A stretch of DNA of 63,857 nucleotides, the filler included, from Hyphochytrium catenoides (lineage: Eukaryota > Protista > Hyphochytriomycota): the NCBI GenBank assembly GCA_900088475.1. It is 4 parts of 4 records of this genome, joined end to end, with 100 filler letters (N's around TTAATTAATTAA, not from the genome) between each part and the next. Parts side by side here need not be neighbours in the genome. Positions count along the whole stretch, not along the records: positions 27,033 to 55,548 come from FLMG01004300.1; positions 55,649 to 61,478 come from FLMG01004332.1; 2 more parts are not named here. One strand, written 5' to 3'. Under the pieces are notes generated by a model. That model did not search any database and was not told the DNA's origin. It saw only the letters and a program-made list of their open reading frames with translations. Shown here in pieces: positions 47,381 to 58,636 of the stretch (its first letter is position 1; each line of letters opens with the position of its first letter). Made by a program: the position numbers and the translations under genes.

Positions 47381-50072
47381 GTTGGATAACTTTCTCCATC
47401 TATGATATAATCTTTCTCTTCTTTCCACTGTTCTAGTAGCTTAGTTCTTTTATCTCCACGTTACTCTGGCTGTCCAACTGATTGGGGGAGCTCACCATTG
47501 CTGTCCGTTTCTTGTGAAAAAGAGATGTCTTGGTTTTCAGTCAACTTTCTAACAAGTTTCATTCGGTAGACATCTAATTCGGGAATAGCTGTACGAAACA
47601 GCCTTGAAAACTTGCTCTGTTTTGGCTATCGTGTGAAAATACCAGGGCCGGGGGCGTTATTTAACAACCTTGGGTAGATACCAGTGGCAAGGCGTTACAT
47701 TGTGGTCAAGCGTCATCATCAGGTGGAGCCATTTTATTAATTGCCAGTGAGCAAAGAGTTGGAACGAAGTGAGAGGAAGCTGCGTGCAAGGTCCACCCAG
47801 CGACTACCCCTTCTAGTCACAGCTGGTCTCTCCCTCTCCTTCGTCCACATCGGGCTGGACCAGCCGGAGAAAGATCTCTAGAGCTTCTCTTCGCTATAAG
47901 TGCACTGTGGTGGTCAACCTTCTCACCATGACGTGTACAATATTCACTGGAGGAGAGACAAAGGTGTGGTTGCTGGCGGTGGAGAAGCAACAGGAGGAAG
48001 AAGGCTGACTCATTACAAATAGTCCATCTTTCACGTGCTGCTGCTGGGTGAGAGTCTCTCTCGCACCTCGCACCTTGCTTCTCACAGATCCTCTGTCGGC
48101 TTTTGATGACACGACGGAGACTACGCCTGCCACCCATTCCCTGAAGAGGACCTCCCATCGTAATTTCTTCGTATGCAAGGTCTTCCTTCCTTTTTCGTTC
48201 TTTTGCTAGAGTGCCGGTGGTCGTCTCCTTCGCTTTTGACGGCCATGTCACGACAACCTGAGTTTACGCTCAGGTAAAAAAAGACTCTATGATAAACAAA
48301 AGCTAACCTTCCCGAGAGGAATCGAACAACTAGTTGTAAAACGCTTCAAGGATGAGTGTTGCTGGGCAGCATGCGACAGGGATGGTACAAGAAAAGAGAT
48401 TCTTTATTACGTGCTTTGAGAAGTGAGCTCTAAGGTCGAGGTGCTGGACAATGGGCGACTGCGGGCGGAACCTTGAAGGAGTTGGACGGTAGGCAACAGG
48501 TGTTCTTCAAACTGAGGCACCGCGGGGCCCTGGTAGTATTGACGTGTCTTTCTCTTCCTTTCTTGTTTCAGGGTGCCCGAGCAGGCGATGAAGCTCCAAT
48601 GGATTGGAACAATTTTTTGCCGTTGTTCTCTCGTGGTGTCCTCTTCCAAAGTTCCTACTATCTCTATTATTAGTCCACTGACAGTGAACAAGAGAAACAG
48701 CCCTATTTCCAGTTACAATGTCAGAGGTCTTTCCTTGAGCTGAGTTTGAACCGATCACTGGCGTTTTAGGATTATAGTTCTTAATTGATGCTCCTGCTGG
48801 TGCGTGCAGCCAAAGGTAACCCTGTGGTGTTTTGCCCTTCACGCAACGCCACTCATCCTCTTGATTCTTCTTAAGGCTTCACTTTGATCTTAGTAGTAGG
48901 ATCATTCGCTGGTGGAAGATGAACTCGCAGCGGAGTAGGTAGCAAACAGGAGAGAACACCACATATCTTGGCTAGTCTAGATTGTTGGTTGGGCTAGGTC
49001 AGTGATCATGACTTCATCGTTAATCAGTATGGCTTTGAGCAAAGCACTACTTTCATCCTGATGACACTACAAGCGCACCAATGAAACACTAAGACCACTG
49101 CTCGTTCTCGCAGCGGCGGAGCGGCGGCCATACTTATCTCTATCATTGTCTAGTCAAGCACTTATGATCTGGCCTAACAGGAGCAGTCCTGCAGTCCATG
49201 TAAGGAAGAGCAGGAGGCTTCAACCGACGGTGCTTGCCTCTCTCTCTTTCTCTATCATCTTCCCTGCTCACAGGATTCACATCATCATCTCTAGACAACG
49301 ATGATGATGATGATGATCAAATATTATCACTTATAACACCGAAACAAAGAGTTTGCAAAAGAAAATGATCGATGATGACGATTATAAAAATAAGGTTTAC
49401 ACTAAATTATTAGTGTGTGGGAACCGTGATAAGCCTGAAGTACCGACAGATCCAAAGAAACCTAGAACTATATTCTGTACACGTGAATAAGGCTTTATAA
49501 AACTTGTTATTGTACTGTCACGACCCTAGAAGAACCACCTCTTCCGAACTTAAATAGTAAAAGCTTCTTCAATGTGATCGATCTTCTTCTGCTGATAATT
49601 CTCGGCATCACTCGTCACTCGTCTTCTCGACTGTCGATGGCTTTATCTTTTCATCTCAGAGTCTCTTTGCCATCCATAAAGAAGATGCCCTTCAGGTGAT
49701 GCAGCAGTAGTTGCACCTCCTCCTCCTGCTTGCCCTGTCGATTGTGATGAGAAGAGTCTCGTCGAAGCTTCTTCTTCTTCTTCTCTTCTTTCTCCTATCG
49801 TTATAGCTGAGGATCTAATAACTACAATTCTTCCTTCCTCTGATAACGATAGTGAAGAAGAGAGAGTTGATGATCATAAAAAAAAAAGAAAGCCTTTGTA
49901 GCTCTTCTTGCTTGTCCCTTCTTCTTCTCCTTATTTCAAGGTGATCAGCAGCTACTTCATTGCATAACTACTACGACGTAATAAGTGAGAACCACTAGGA
50001 TAATAACTATGGCGTAAAAGGAATATCTGTGAAAAGAATCAGAAAGTATCGGAGGCCAGCAGAAAAAACAAA

Positions 50073-50145
50073 CGCCCACGCGGGGATTTGAACCCCGGAT
50101 CTCCTGCTCCGGAGGCAGACGCCTTATCCACTAGGCCACGCGAGC
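50073..50145 (-). tRNA. trnR-CCG: tRNA-Arg(CCG)
   Basis: Reverse complement GCTCGCG TG GCCT AGTGGATA AGGC G TCTGC CTCCGGA GCAGG AGATC CGGGG TTCAAAT CCCCG CGTGGGC G. A T6 terminator follows at 50068-50063. Confidence 0.95.
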
Positions 50146-50483
50146 ACTTCTGATGGAATAACTACCACCTATCTCTCTAACAATACCATAGTCCATGTAG
50201 TCCATAGTCCATGACACAGATAACCCCACCACAGTTACTGTCCAGATCTACTCTGTGATCTCTGGTACAAGTAACTGATAGAGAACAGGAACAGGCATCA
50301 TCAGAATCCAAGTTCTATTGAGTTCGTGGGATCCTCCTCCGCTTTTGACAATCTTCTTCTTCCGCAGCCACCTGTCCCCGCCACACTGATCAATCTGATC
50401 TTCATCGCACTGATCAAGCAGCAGCACTTGTCCACACATCATCATCATGGGTCGTCTGCTTCGCGCCTGAAGCCTTGTAGACC

Positions 50484-51242
50484 ATGTCCTCCTCTGCGTC
50501 GAAGCTTCAGATTGGCCTCGTTGGCGCCGGTAACATCGGCACCGCCCTAGCGCGTCATTTCCGGCGCATCGGCCACGACGTACTTCTGTCAAACTCACGT
50601 GGTCCGGAGACTCTCGCAGACCTTGCCAAACAACTGAATGTGAAGGCTGTCACGAATGCCGAAGCGGCGAAGGCAAAGGACATCGTCGTCATCTCGATAC
50701 CCATGGTATTCACGCCCAAGCTGAAGCCCCTCTTTGAAGCTGTACCGAGCTCGGTCATCGTCATCGATACCAACAATTACTATCCCGGTTTTCGCGATGA
50801 CATAATCGATGAGATCGAAACCTCGCAGATCGATAGTGCCTGGGTTGCGAAGCAGATTGGTCGTCCCGTCGTGAAGGCATTCAACTCAATCGGCCACCGG
50901 AGTCTAGAGACGTTGGGGAAACCGAAGGGCGCGGCAGGGCGCGTCGCACTCGCAGTTAGCGGCGAGCCAGAGGAGCATCGCAAGCGTGTGATGGATCTAG
51001 TTGATGCCATCGGGTTTGATCCAATTGACAATGGCGATCTTTCCAACTCTTGGCGTCAGCAGCCAGGCACGCCCGGCTATTGCGAGGACCTCAGCGCCGA
51101 GGACTTACGAGAACGTCTCGCCTCGGCTGAGAAGAAGAGACTAGCCGAATACCGGGCTGCGTCAGAGGAGATGGCGCGCAAGTACGCCCCAGAGATGGTC
51201 GAACAGCAGCGGCACGCAGTAAGGAAGCATCAGATAACTTGA
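50484..51242 (+). CDS. NADP(H)-dependent oxidoreductase, F420_oxidored / NADPH:F420 reductase-like family, bacterial type, intronless
   Basis: IGLVGAGNIG (Rossmann), SNSRGPETL, VIDTNNYYPGFRD, VVKAFNSI, RVALAVSG and DAIGFDPIDNGDLSNSWRQQPGTPGYC are typical of this bacterial family. Confidence 0.93.
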   Translation: MSSSASKLQIGLVGAGNIGTALARHFRRIGHDVLLSNSRGPETLADLAKQLNVKAVTNAEAAKAKDIVVISIPMVFTPKLKPLFEAVPSSVIVIDTNNYYPGFRDDIIDEIETSQIDSAWVAKQIGRPVVKAFNSIGHRSLETLGKPKGAAGRVALAVSGEPEEHRKRVMDLVDAIGFDPIDNGDLSNSWRQQPGTPGYCEDLSAEDLRERLASAEKKRLAEYRAASEEMARKYAPEMVEQQRHAVRKHQIT

Positions 51243-53170
51243 GATGCTCTTATGTTACTACTTCTCTTTCTTCCCCGCCATCACATTCTTCTGCCTGAAG
51301 ACCAGACCCCTGTCAAACCAGACGCTAGGTCCAGCTCGCTCTTACTGTCGGAAAGCTCCAGCAATGTCCAAAGATTTTGACTTCAACATATAGCTGCCTC
51401 CTAAAGGTTTTGCTGCCGGCACTATCTGCTCATTATCTGCACCAGAGACTCCGTTTGACTCATCTGGGACTACTACCTTTGAGCTACTGGGAATGTAGGC
51501 GTAATATCAAGTATATAAACCTAAAAAAGCTCAGCAAACGCTCACCATCATCAGTCGACTAACCCTTCAGTGACCGCACCTGGAAGTGGGTCTGCACCAT
51601 GCTTCCACGAGCCCGTCAGAGGACAGGCCCCATCACCCTTCCAGCGTGTGTTGTTAGAGAGCAACGGAGGTGCGCTATAGGCCTATCAGTCAGTCCCGAA
51701 AGTGTCAATCCCATTCCTCCACAATCAATCAGAAGAGATCTTCTCTATCTACGGAGGATGGAGTGCACAATATCTGTTGTTCGCCCGGCGACTCCTATTA
51801 TTATGCCTGGAGTGGTGAAGATCAGAAGAATCTCCCTCTTGTTGATGGAAGGGGGGGCACATTCTCGCCCTTCTTTGACGTCCTACGAGTACTAGCTAGA
51901 GACGACGATACGCCGCACTAATAGTTAGCGTTACATCTCTTCCTTCACTGCGGCATCTGGCGGCACTGCTCGCATACTAACTGGATTAAGAATAATTGTG
52001 AAGCTTGCTGACACTGAATGCTGCTGATGCTGAGGGTGATGCTGCTGGCGATGATGACCGAGTCTTTGATGAGTGATGGTGACTACTACCATAAGCTCTG
52101 TGGTTGATGGGCAGAGTGAGGATTCGCTAGAGCTAAGCTGAGTCTGAGCGCAGGTTGCTACCTACCCTAAGCCTAAATATTCTAACGTGAGCCATCGAGG
52201 TATCTAGGAATGTGAACCGAGTGAACACTTGTACTATTCTGTAAGAGTAGTAGCCCGTCGCTCTCCACAGATGAGGAATAGGAGTGAGAGCTAGATCGTC
52301 AAAGTCTTCATAGCCAAGATGCAGACGTGATGTGCCACATGTCTAGCAGTGAGGATGTGTCTGATGATTGAACTATGAGCACGGCTTGAGCTTGGCTCCA
52401 GAGATTGATGAGAGATGAGAATAAACGCTGCAGTCTGCGGTGCCCAACGTCTAGCCGTTAGCGGCTCCTCTATAGAGTGGAGGATACGTACGTTACCGGT
52501 TATCACTGAGAGCTGTGACGATCAGGAATCGGTAGGCTGAGCGTAACAGTAGTTCCACTGTAGGGAAAGTGGCGATGAAGAAGATTCAGAGAAATCTTAT
52601 AAACTTCATCCAGGTGGTGACAGTGGTGATGGGTGATGGGAGGACAGGCACGACTGTCATTGCCCTTCTTGGACCTCTAGCGAGGGAGTACTAGCTCCTA
52701 GAGAGGGAGATCAGAGACGCTGCACTACTAGTTCCACGGCTCAAGCCTTCTCTTCCTTCACTGGCGGCATCTCCTCTCGTCTCTGGCGGCGGCTTGGGAC
52801 TGGCTGCTGGTGGATGTAACAACAGTGGTAAATAAACAAGGGCGAAAGAAGAAGTGAGGGACGAGGTGAGTGCTGATGGGTAACAGGTGACCTTGTTCAT
52901 TAGTGCGTTGCTCCTTTATTAGGAGAGCTGTTGGGACGACGTAGGCATAGTAACAGAAAGGGCTGCAGTTTCTTTCCGTCATGAGTCTCTCTTTTCTTCT
53001 TACGTGGAGATTATTATTCAAATCTTACATTGCTAGATAATAGAGACCCCGTCTTGGCCCCTTCTCTCTATTTGTTCGCATCCTTCTTGATATATAGAAG
53101 CTCAGATGTTCCCTTCTTCCCCTACCACTTCTTTTATGACATGATGTAGGGTAAAGCTGAATCTGCAATA

Positions 53171-54004
53171 ATGGCTATCAAAGCGTGGTATATGGATGAT
53201 TCCGAAGAGGATCAGCGGCTGCCGCATAAGCAGGAACCCTACAACCCAGTTGATGCCACTGTTTTGGAGCGCCTGGGCGTCCTTTACTGGCAGCTAGACC
53301 CCAACCTTCCAGCTGAAGACCCTGCCTTGGCAAAGATCAAGGAGGAACGGGGCTATAACTACACGTGCGTAGGAGTCCTACTCTAAAGTCCTACGTCGTC
53401 TTCTACTAGAACGTACAATCTTCTTACGGCTGGCGCTGACTACTAGAAGCACCCTTCGTCTCTTAGCTCTTCTGGACTCTACTTGCAGCTCTCACCCTCT
53501 TTGCCATACATTAAGCACCAGTGGAGCGCCCGGAGCACAGATCCATTTGCTCTTACCGCTTCGTTCTTTTTTTTTTCCAAAGCTTTTTGCCTGCAACCCT
53601 CTGGAGCAATGATCTTACAGATGCTAACCTTCGAGGTCCGTCTTCTCAGGGATGTTATCACTATTTCCAAGGATAAACTGCCTAACTATGAAGAGAAGAT
53701 CAAGACGTTCTTTGAGGAGCACATCCACACCGACGAAGAGATCCGCCTCTGTCTGGAAGGGTCAGGATACTTTGACATTCGAGATGCCGAGGATCAATGG
53801 ATTCGCGTGCATTTGAAGGCCGGAGAGATGATTGTTCTTCCAGCGGGCAGCTATCATCGCTTTACCTTGGACTCTGACAACTATATCAAAGCCATGAGGC
53901 TGTTTCAAGGAGACCCCGTCTGGACTCCTCTGAATCGGCCACATGAGTCCGACCATACGAAGGCACGGCTTCACTATGTAGAGCAGTATCTGTCTCGACC
54001 CTAG
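53171..54004 (+). CDS. ADI1: Acireductone dioxygenase (methionine salvage, cupin), copy 1; intron 53365-53649
   Basis: [26 protein letters not shown]|[74 protein letters not shown]. The H-x-H-x3-E...H metal ligands are intact. Confidence 0.97.
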
Positions 54005-54446
54005 AAGAAGGTTGGACGATGACTCACAGCTTTCTGCACAAAGCAAAAAAGAGATCTCAATGCAAAGTTCAGCACATGACTGAGAGGAAGGTACTTTCTA
54101 TCACTATAAAGCCCAATAGCGGGACAATTGGAGAGTTGCTAGGCAGCGGCTGACAAGGAAAGCTACTGAGCCGTGTGGACTCATCTAATAGAGTCCTTCG
54201 CTTCAATGAAAGAGTGCGAGTGGAGACGAAGAAGACAAAGAGTCGAGCAGCATAAGACACCGAAGAGGAATCTAGACATGAACGAGAACGGCGGCGCTCT
54301 AGCAAGTTCCTTTGTTAGCCACAAGCGAGAGGTGATGAAGAAAGACGGCTGTGACGTGGATGACATAGGAGGATATGCCAAAACAGGAGGACAGCAGCCG
54401 GAAGGAGAAAGCAGCAGAGCGAAGCAGGGCGACCAAAAAGGAGAGG

Positions 54447-54478
<32 letters not shown>

Positions 54479-54970
54479 CAACAAGCAGAGGAGACAGGGC
54501 CATCATCATCAGAATGCTTCTGACCTTTCATATCGGACCATTCCCGACTATTCCAAATAACAAAGGTTCAAACTCGTAATATTAAGGATAACGATTTCCG
54601 TTATTCTACACAGTACTGGTCCTAGTGCAGACAATACTGCACATAATTCTTATGGCAGCAGCTGAACCGGAATATCCTCAGGTCTAGCCTTGTGTTAATG
54701 AAAATATTATTGTTGCGTACGGTTTAGGATTGGGTATCAGAAGGCAGAGAAGTGCGTTCTGAGAGCAGTTGGCGTCTCCACCAACAGTTCAAAAGCTTCA
54801 AAAGCTCTTCCTCAGGGATCTGCATATTGAAGATTGGAGATCGGAGAGTCAGAGGTTAGAGCTTGATAACAGACGATCTCTAGCTCATCGAGGGGAGCCT
54901 CCTGAGAAGACGCTGTCATAACTTATTATTCTGGCTCTAAAGAAGCAGCTACCCTTTGAATAGGACCAGA

Positions 54971-55548
54971 ATGGCGATCGAGGCGTGGTACATGGATGAC
55001 TCTTCAGAGGATCAGCGGCTCCCTCATAAGCAGCAGCCCAACAAGCCTGCCAGTGGCCGCGTGCTTGACGATCTTGGAGTTTTCTACTGGAAGTTGGATG
55101 CCACGAATCCTACTGAGGACCCTGAGTTCAAGAAGATTAAGGAGAAGCGCGGATACAACTACACGTGAGCGCACTAACATCTGATTGTCTGCCCCTCTCT
55201 TGATCTCTCTTTGCCGTCGCTTCTCGATGGCTGAAGACTGATAGCTGATAGATTAGCTTCGCTCTCCTTCGTCCTCTATGTCCGTTGCTCACATGCCCTT
55301 GCTCTTGCAGTGATGTCATTACGATTGCCAAAGACAAGCTGCCTAACTATGAAGAGAAGATCAAGACGTTCTTTGAGGAGCACATCCACACCGACGAGGA
55401 GATCCGCCTCTGTCTGGAAGGGTCAGGATACTTTGACATCCGCGACTTCAAGGATCAGTGGATTCGCGTGCATCTTAAGGCCGGAGAGATGATCGTCCTT
55501 CCTGCGGGCAGCTATCATCGCTTTACCTTGGACTCTGACAACTATATC
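54971..55548 (+). CDS. ADI1: Acireductone dioxygenase copy 2 (3' end lost in linker gap); intron 55165-55310
   Basis: [26 protein letters not shown]|[44 protein letters not shown]. Same intron position and phase as copy 1. Confidence 0.95.
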
Positions 55549-55648
55549 NNNNNNNNNNNNNNNNNNNNNNNNNNNNNNNNNNNNNNNNNNNNTTAATTAA
55601 TTAANNNNNNNNNNNNNNNNNNNNNNNNNNNNNNNNNNNNNNNNNNNN
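55549..55648. other. Artificial assembly linker N44-TTAATTAATTAA-N44
   Basis: Identical 100-bp structure. Confidence 0.97.
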
Positions 55649-56339
55649 CTGCAGAAGTAACGTGGACGATGAAGCTTAGGGTTCGGCTACGGTAGAAGTT
55701 GCTGCTATTAACGAGCCAAATGCTTAGCAAGCTCCTGGTGCCGCGGGATTCCACAGGTCATTAGGCGCAGTGAAAGGAGAGACGTTCTCTAGCTGCTCTG
55801 TGCTCTTCATTATTTCATTCTTGATCTCTTTTTGAAAAAGCCTTTATGCCGTCTGATAGTGCGTTCAATTTTTCCCTCTTTGACAGAATTGTTTAGACTC
55901 TAGAACGTGCGCTGGGCCATTGAGGGTATTGTTGTCTATGATGTCCCTGGTAGTGTAAGTAGTACGGCCGTGTCCTCATACTTCTGCGCCTTACCAATAC
56001 GGCTAGTGCTAATCAATCCTTAGTGGATTTCTGAACCTGTCCGTCAGCCGCTCACATTTACTCTTCTTCTTCTAGTGATGGACCTGTTGATTATTATAGT
56101 TCGCGCATCGCCTTCATGGTCCATAGTGCACGACCTTGGAGCCTCTTGAACTCTCTGCTCCTACGTCGAGAATCGGTGATGGGACCTTTAATTCAGACTG
56201 CGACCTCGCCTCCTATGTAACCCTGGTGCTCTACATGATAATATTTCTCTCCTTCCCTCACTCACCACGTTAAGTACCCTTGGGCTGCTCAGATCAAGTC
56301 AACCTGGGCATTGAATATTAGATTCTTTACTCCTGCCTT

Positions 56340-58195
56340 GACCTATGCACCTACAGCGGGTAACCATTTAGACCGGCTCCCCTTCACGTCGTGTAAGGAA
56401 GATTTCCCAATACTTTTGTCCATTATCTGTTCTCTATTCCATGTTGTTTGCCATCCGAATAGGACGATCAAAGCTCTTCGTCGGGACAGCCAACATCTTG
56501 TATAGTAAGGAGGAGACAGAGAGAGAGAGACGATTGATTGCCGAGGAGAAATGGAGAATGTGCAGGTGAAAAGGTTGGCACCAGGAAGGAGACATAATAA
56601 GCGGGACGGTCTTATGGTCCATTAAATAGTTCTTTGTTCCCTAAGCTGCTAGATCCAGTAGAGAGGGGAAGTAACAGGGAAGCTATAACCAACGGACAAG
56701 ATTACAAAGAGAAATATTTGGCGATTGAAAGAGAGAAGAGGAAAGAAGGAATGGGGCAGTAAGAGAATGAGAGCGGCCTGTAAAAGAAGTGTAGGACGAA
56801 CAGAAAAGGTTAGGACTTAGACGAAGAAAGAGCCGCAGAGCATGTAACAGCGACGCGGTGTGATAACAAGAACGCTGAGATAGGAGATGTCCATAGGAAA
56901 GAAGAGGATGATTCTTGAAGAAGTAAAGGCCGAAGGGATAAAAGATAGCATAAGGGAAGAGACCCTTGAACAGAGAGAGAGGGGAGATGATACTAGAGAG
57001 AGAACGAAATGACATTGTGATAGAGCAGAAAAAGACGCAAGCAACGTGACTCTAATCTGTATTAGGGGCTTTAGCTGCGGCAATGCGATGCCAGAGAAGT
57101 CAGACGGGTACTCATGGGCAGAAAGACGAAACTCTAGACAATATAAGAACGAACGAGCATGACCACTGAACGGGAAGTAGGAGAGGGTACGAGGAGGGAT
57201 GTCCCTGAGTCATGGCCGCTTTGTATCCTATACGCCTGCAAGTCAGGTCTGTTGATGTCAAATAGTCAGTGGAAGAGACGGGAAAGTCGGAGAATTTAAA
57301 AAGCACGCGTATGACAGCAAACTACAAGAGGGTGATAGCAGTTAGTTGCCCGCAGCAAGAGAAGGACTGCTAAGGCATGTCTTCACTTCAGAAGTAAAGC
57401 GAAAGGCAATGGAGGTGGAAAGGAAAAGGAACAAGGCAAAGATGATAAACAGAAGGTTATGCCACGACAGAGAAGAAGCAATAAACATAGATCAAGAAAA
57501 TCACTTTATGTGGCCCGCAACTCAAGATCGGGCTGCCCAGGCTGGTACACACAGGATGAGAGACTGAGAGCTTTTTAGGATACCTGAAAGAACCACCAAA
57601 GATTGTGTCTGGAGGCGAGATGATTGTGAACAGTTGGCATCGAGCGAGGGTGCGCTTAGGTAAGACGGAGAGAGAAGGCAAGACAGATATAAGAGTTGAC
57701 TGAATGGATAGAGAGAGAGACAAGGAGACAAAAGAGAGAGCGAGAGCTAGCCTGATAGAATTGAGCCATAACCCTTGATGAAAACAAGAGGAGCTCCCTC
57801 TCGTGATGGAGGAGTTCGACGGGTTTAACATCTGTCATCGTTCTTTCAACATCATCTGTCATCGTTCTTTCAACATCTAACCACGGTCCAGCAGCCGACG
57901 AATGACAAAGTGCTAAGGCTACGCAGGCGTCAGACTTCATAGTGCACGGACTGTAGGGTGACTGTTTCAGTGCGGCAGAGCGCACGGAATGGCAGCTCCA
58001 TTCCGCTCCTACCTTAACGGGAAAGAGAGCGGCGTCTGTGTAAAGACGGTAGGGACAAAGAGCCAACCACCGCCAAGCTGCCATGACTGATTGACGGACA
58101 GTAGAACCAACGGCATTAGGAGGTATCCTTCAAACAGATGCACAGAGTATCGACCGAGTCTGACGAAAAACGAGCGCATCAGCAGGCTCAAACTG
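56340..58195 (-). CDS. Probable multi-exon gene of unknown function (structure unresolved)
   Basis: Long tracts purine-rich on + (pyrimidine-rich on -, like introns of neighbouring genes) separate short open segments with YAG/GT-like ends, such as DAALFPVK, DVKPVELLHHERELLLFSSR and CWLSRRRALIVLFGWQTTWNRE. No recognisable family. Confidence 0.3.
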
Positions 58196-58636
58196 GAAAC
58201 AGGGAAGTGAGCTTAATCTCCTGTTCATCACCCGCTTTGGGGCCTATCATCATCGTCAACTCAGCCGCTGTCGATATTTGAGCTAAAAGAGAGCAGCCGT
58301 CCGGTGGTAGTGTTTATCCCGGCATAGCGAACTCTCTGCTCCCTCTCCTTTAAGAAGAGCCAGCGGATCATCAGCCTGATTCTTCATTGATGCTGGGCAG
58401 CAATACTACTACTAGTTGTTGGGAAAGCCGGGCAGTGGTTTTCTCTCAACGAAAGTAGACGGCGCCTGACCAGCAGACAGCAGAGATATCAGAGCCCCGA
58501 TGATTCCCCTCTTCCAAAAAAGATCCTGGCAGCTTGGTCTTTTCTATGTGTCTGCAAAGCGGGACGGGTAACGGTTGGCTCCTTCCAGGGGGAGCCCTGG
58601 TGTTGTACCTGTGTGTGGTCCTTTTGTCCTTCTGTA

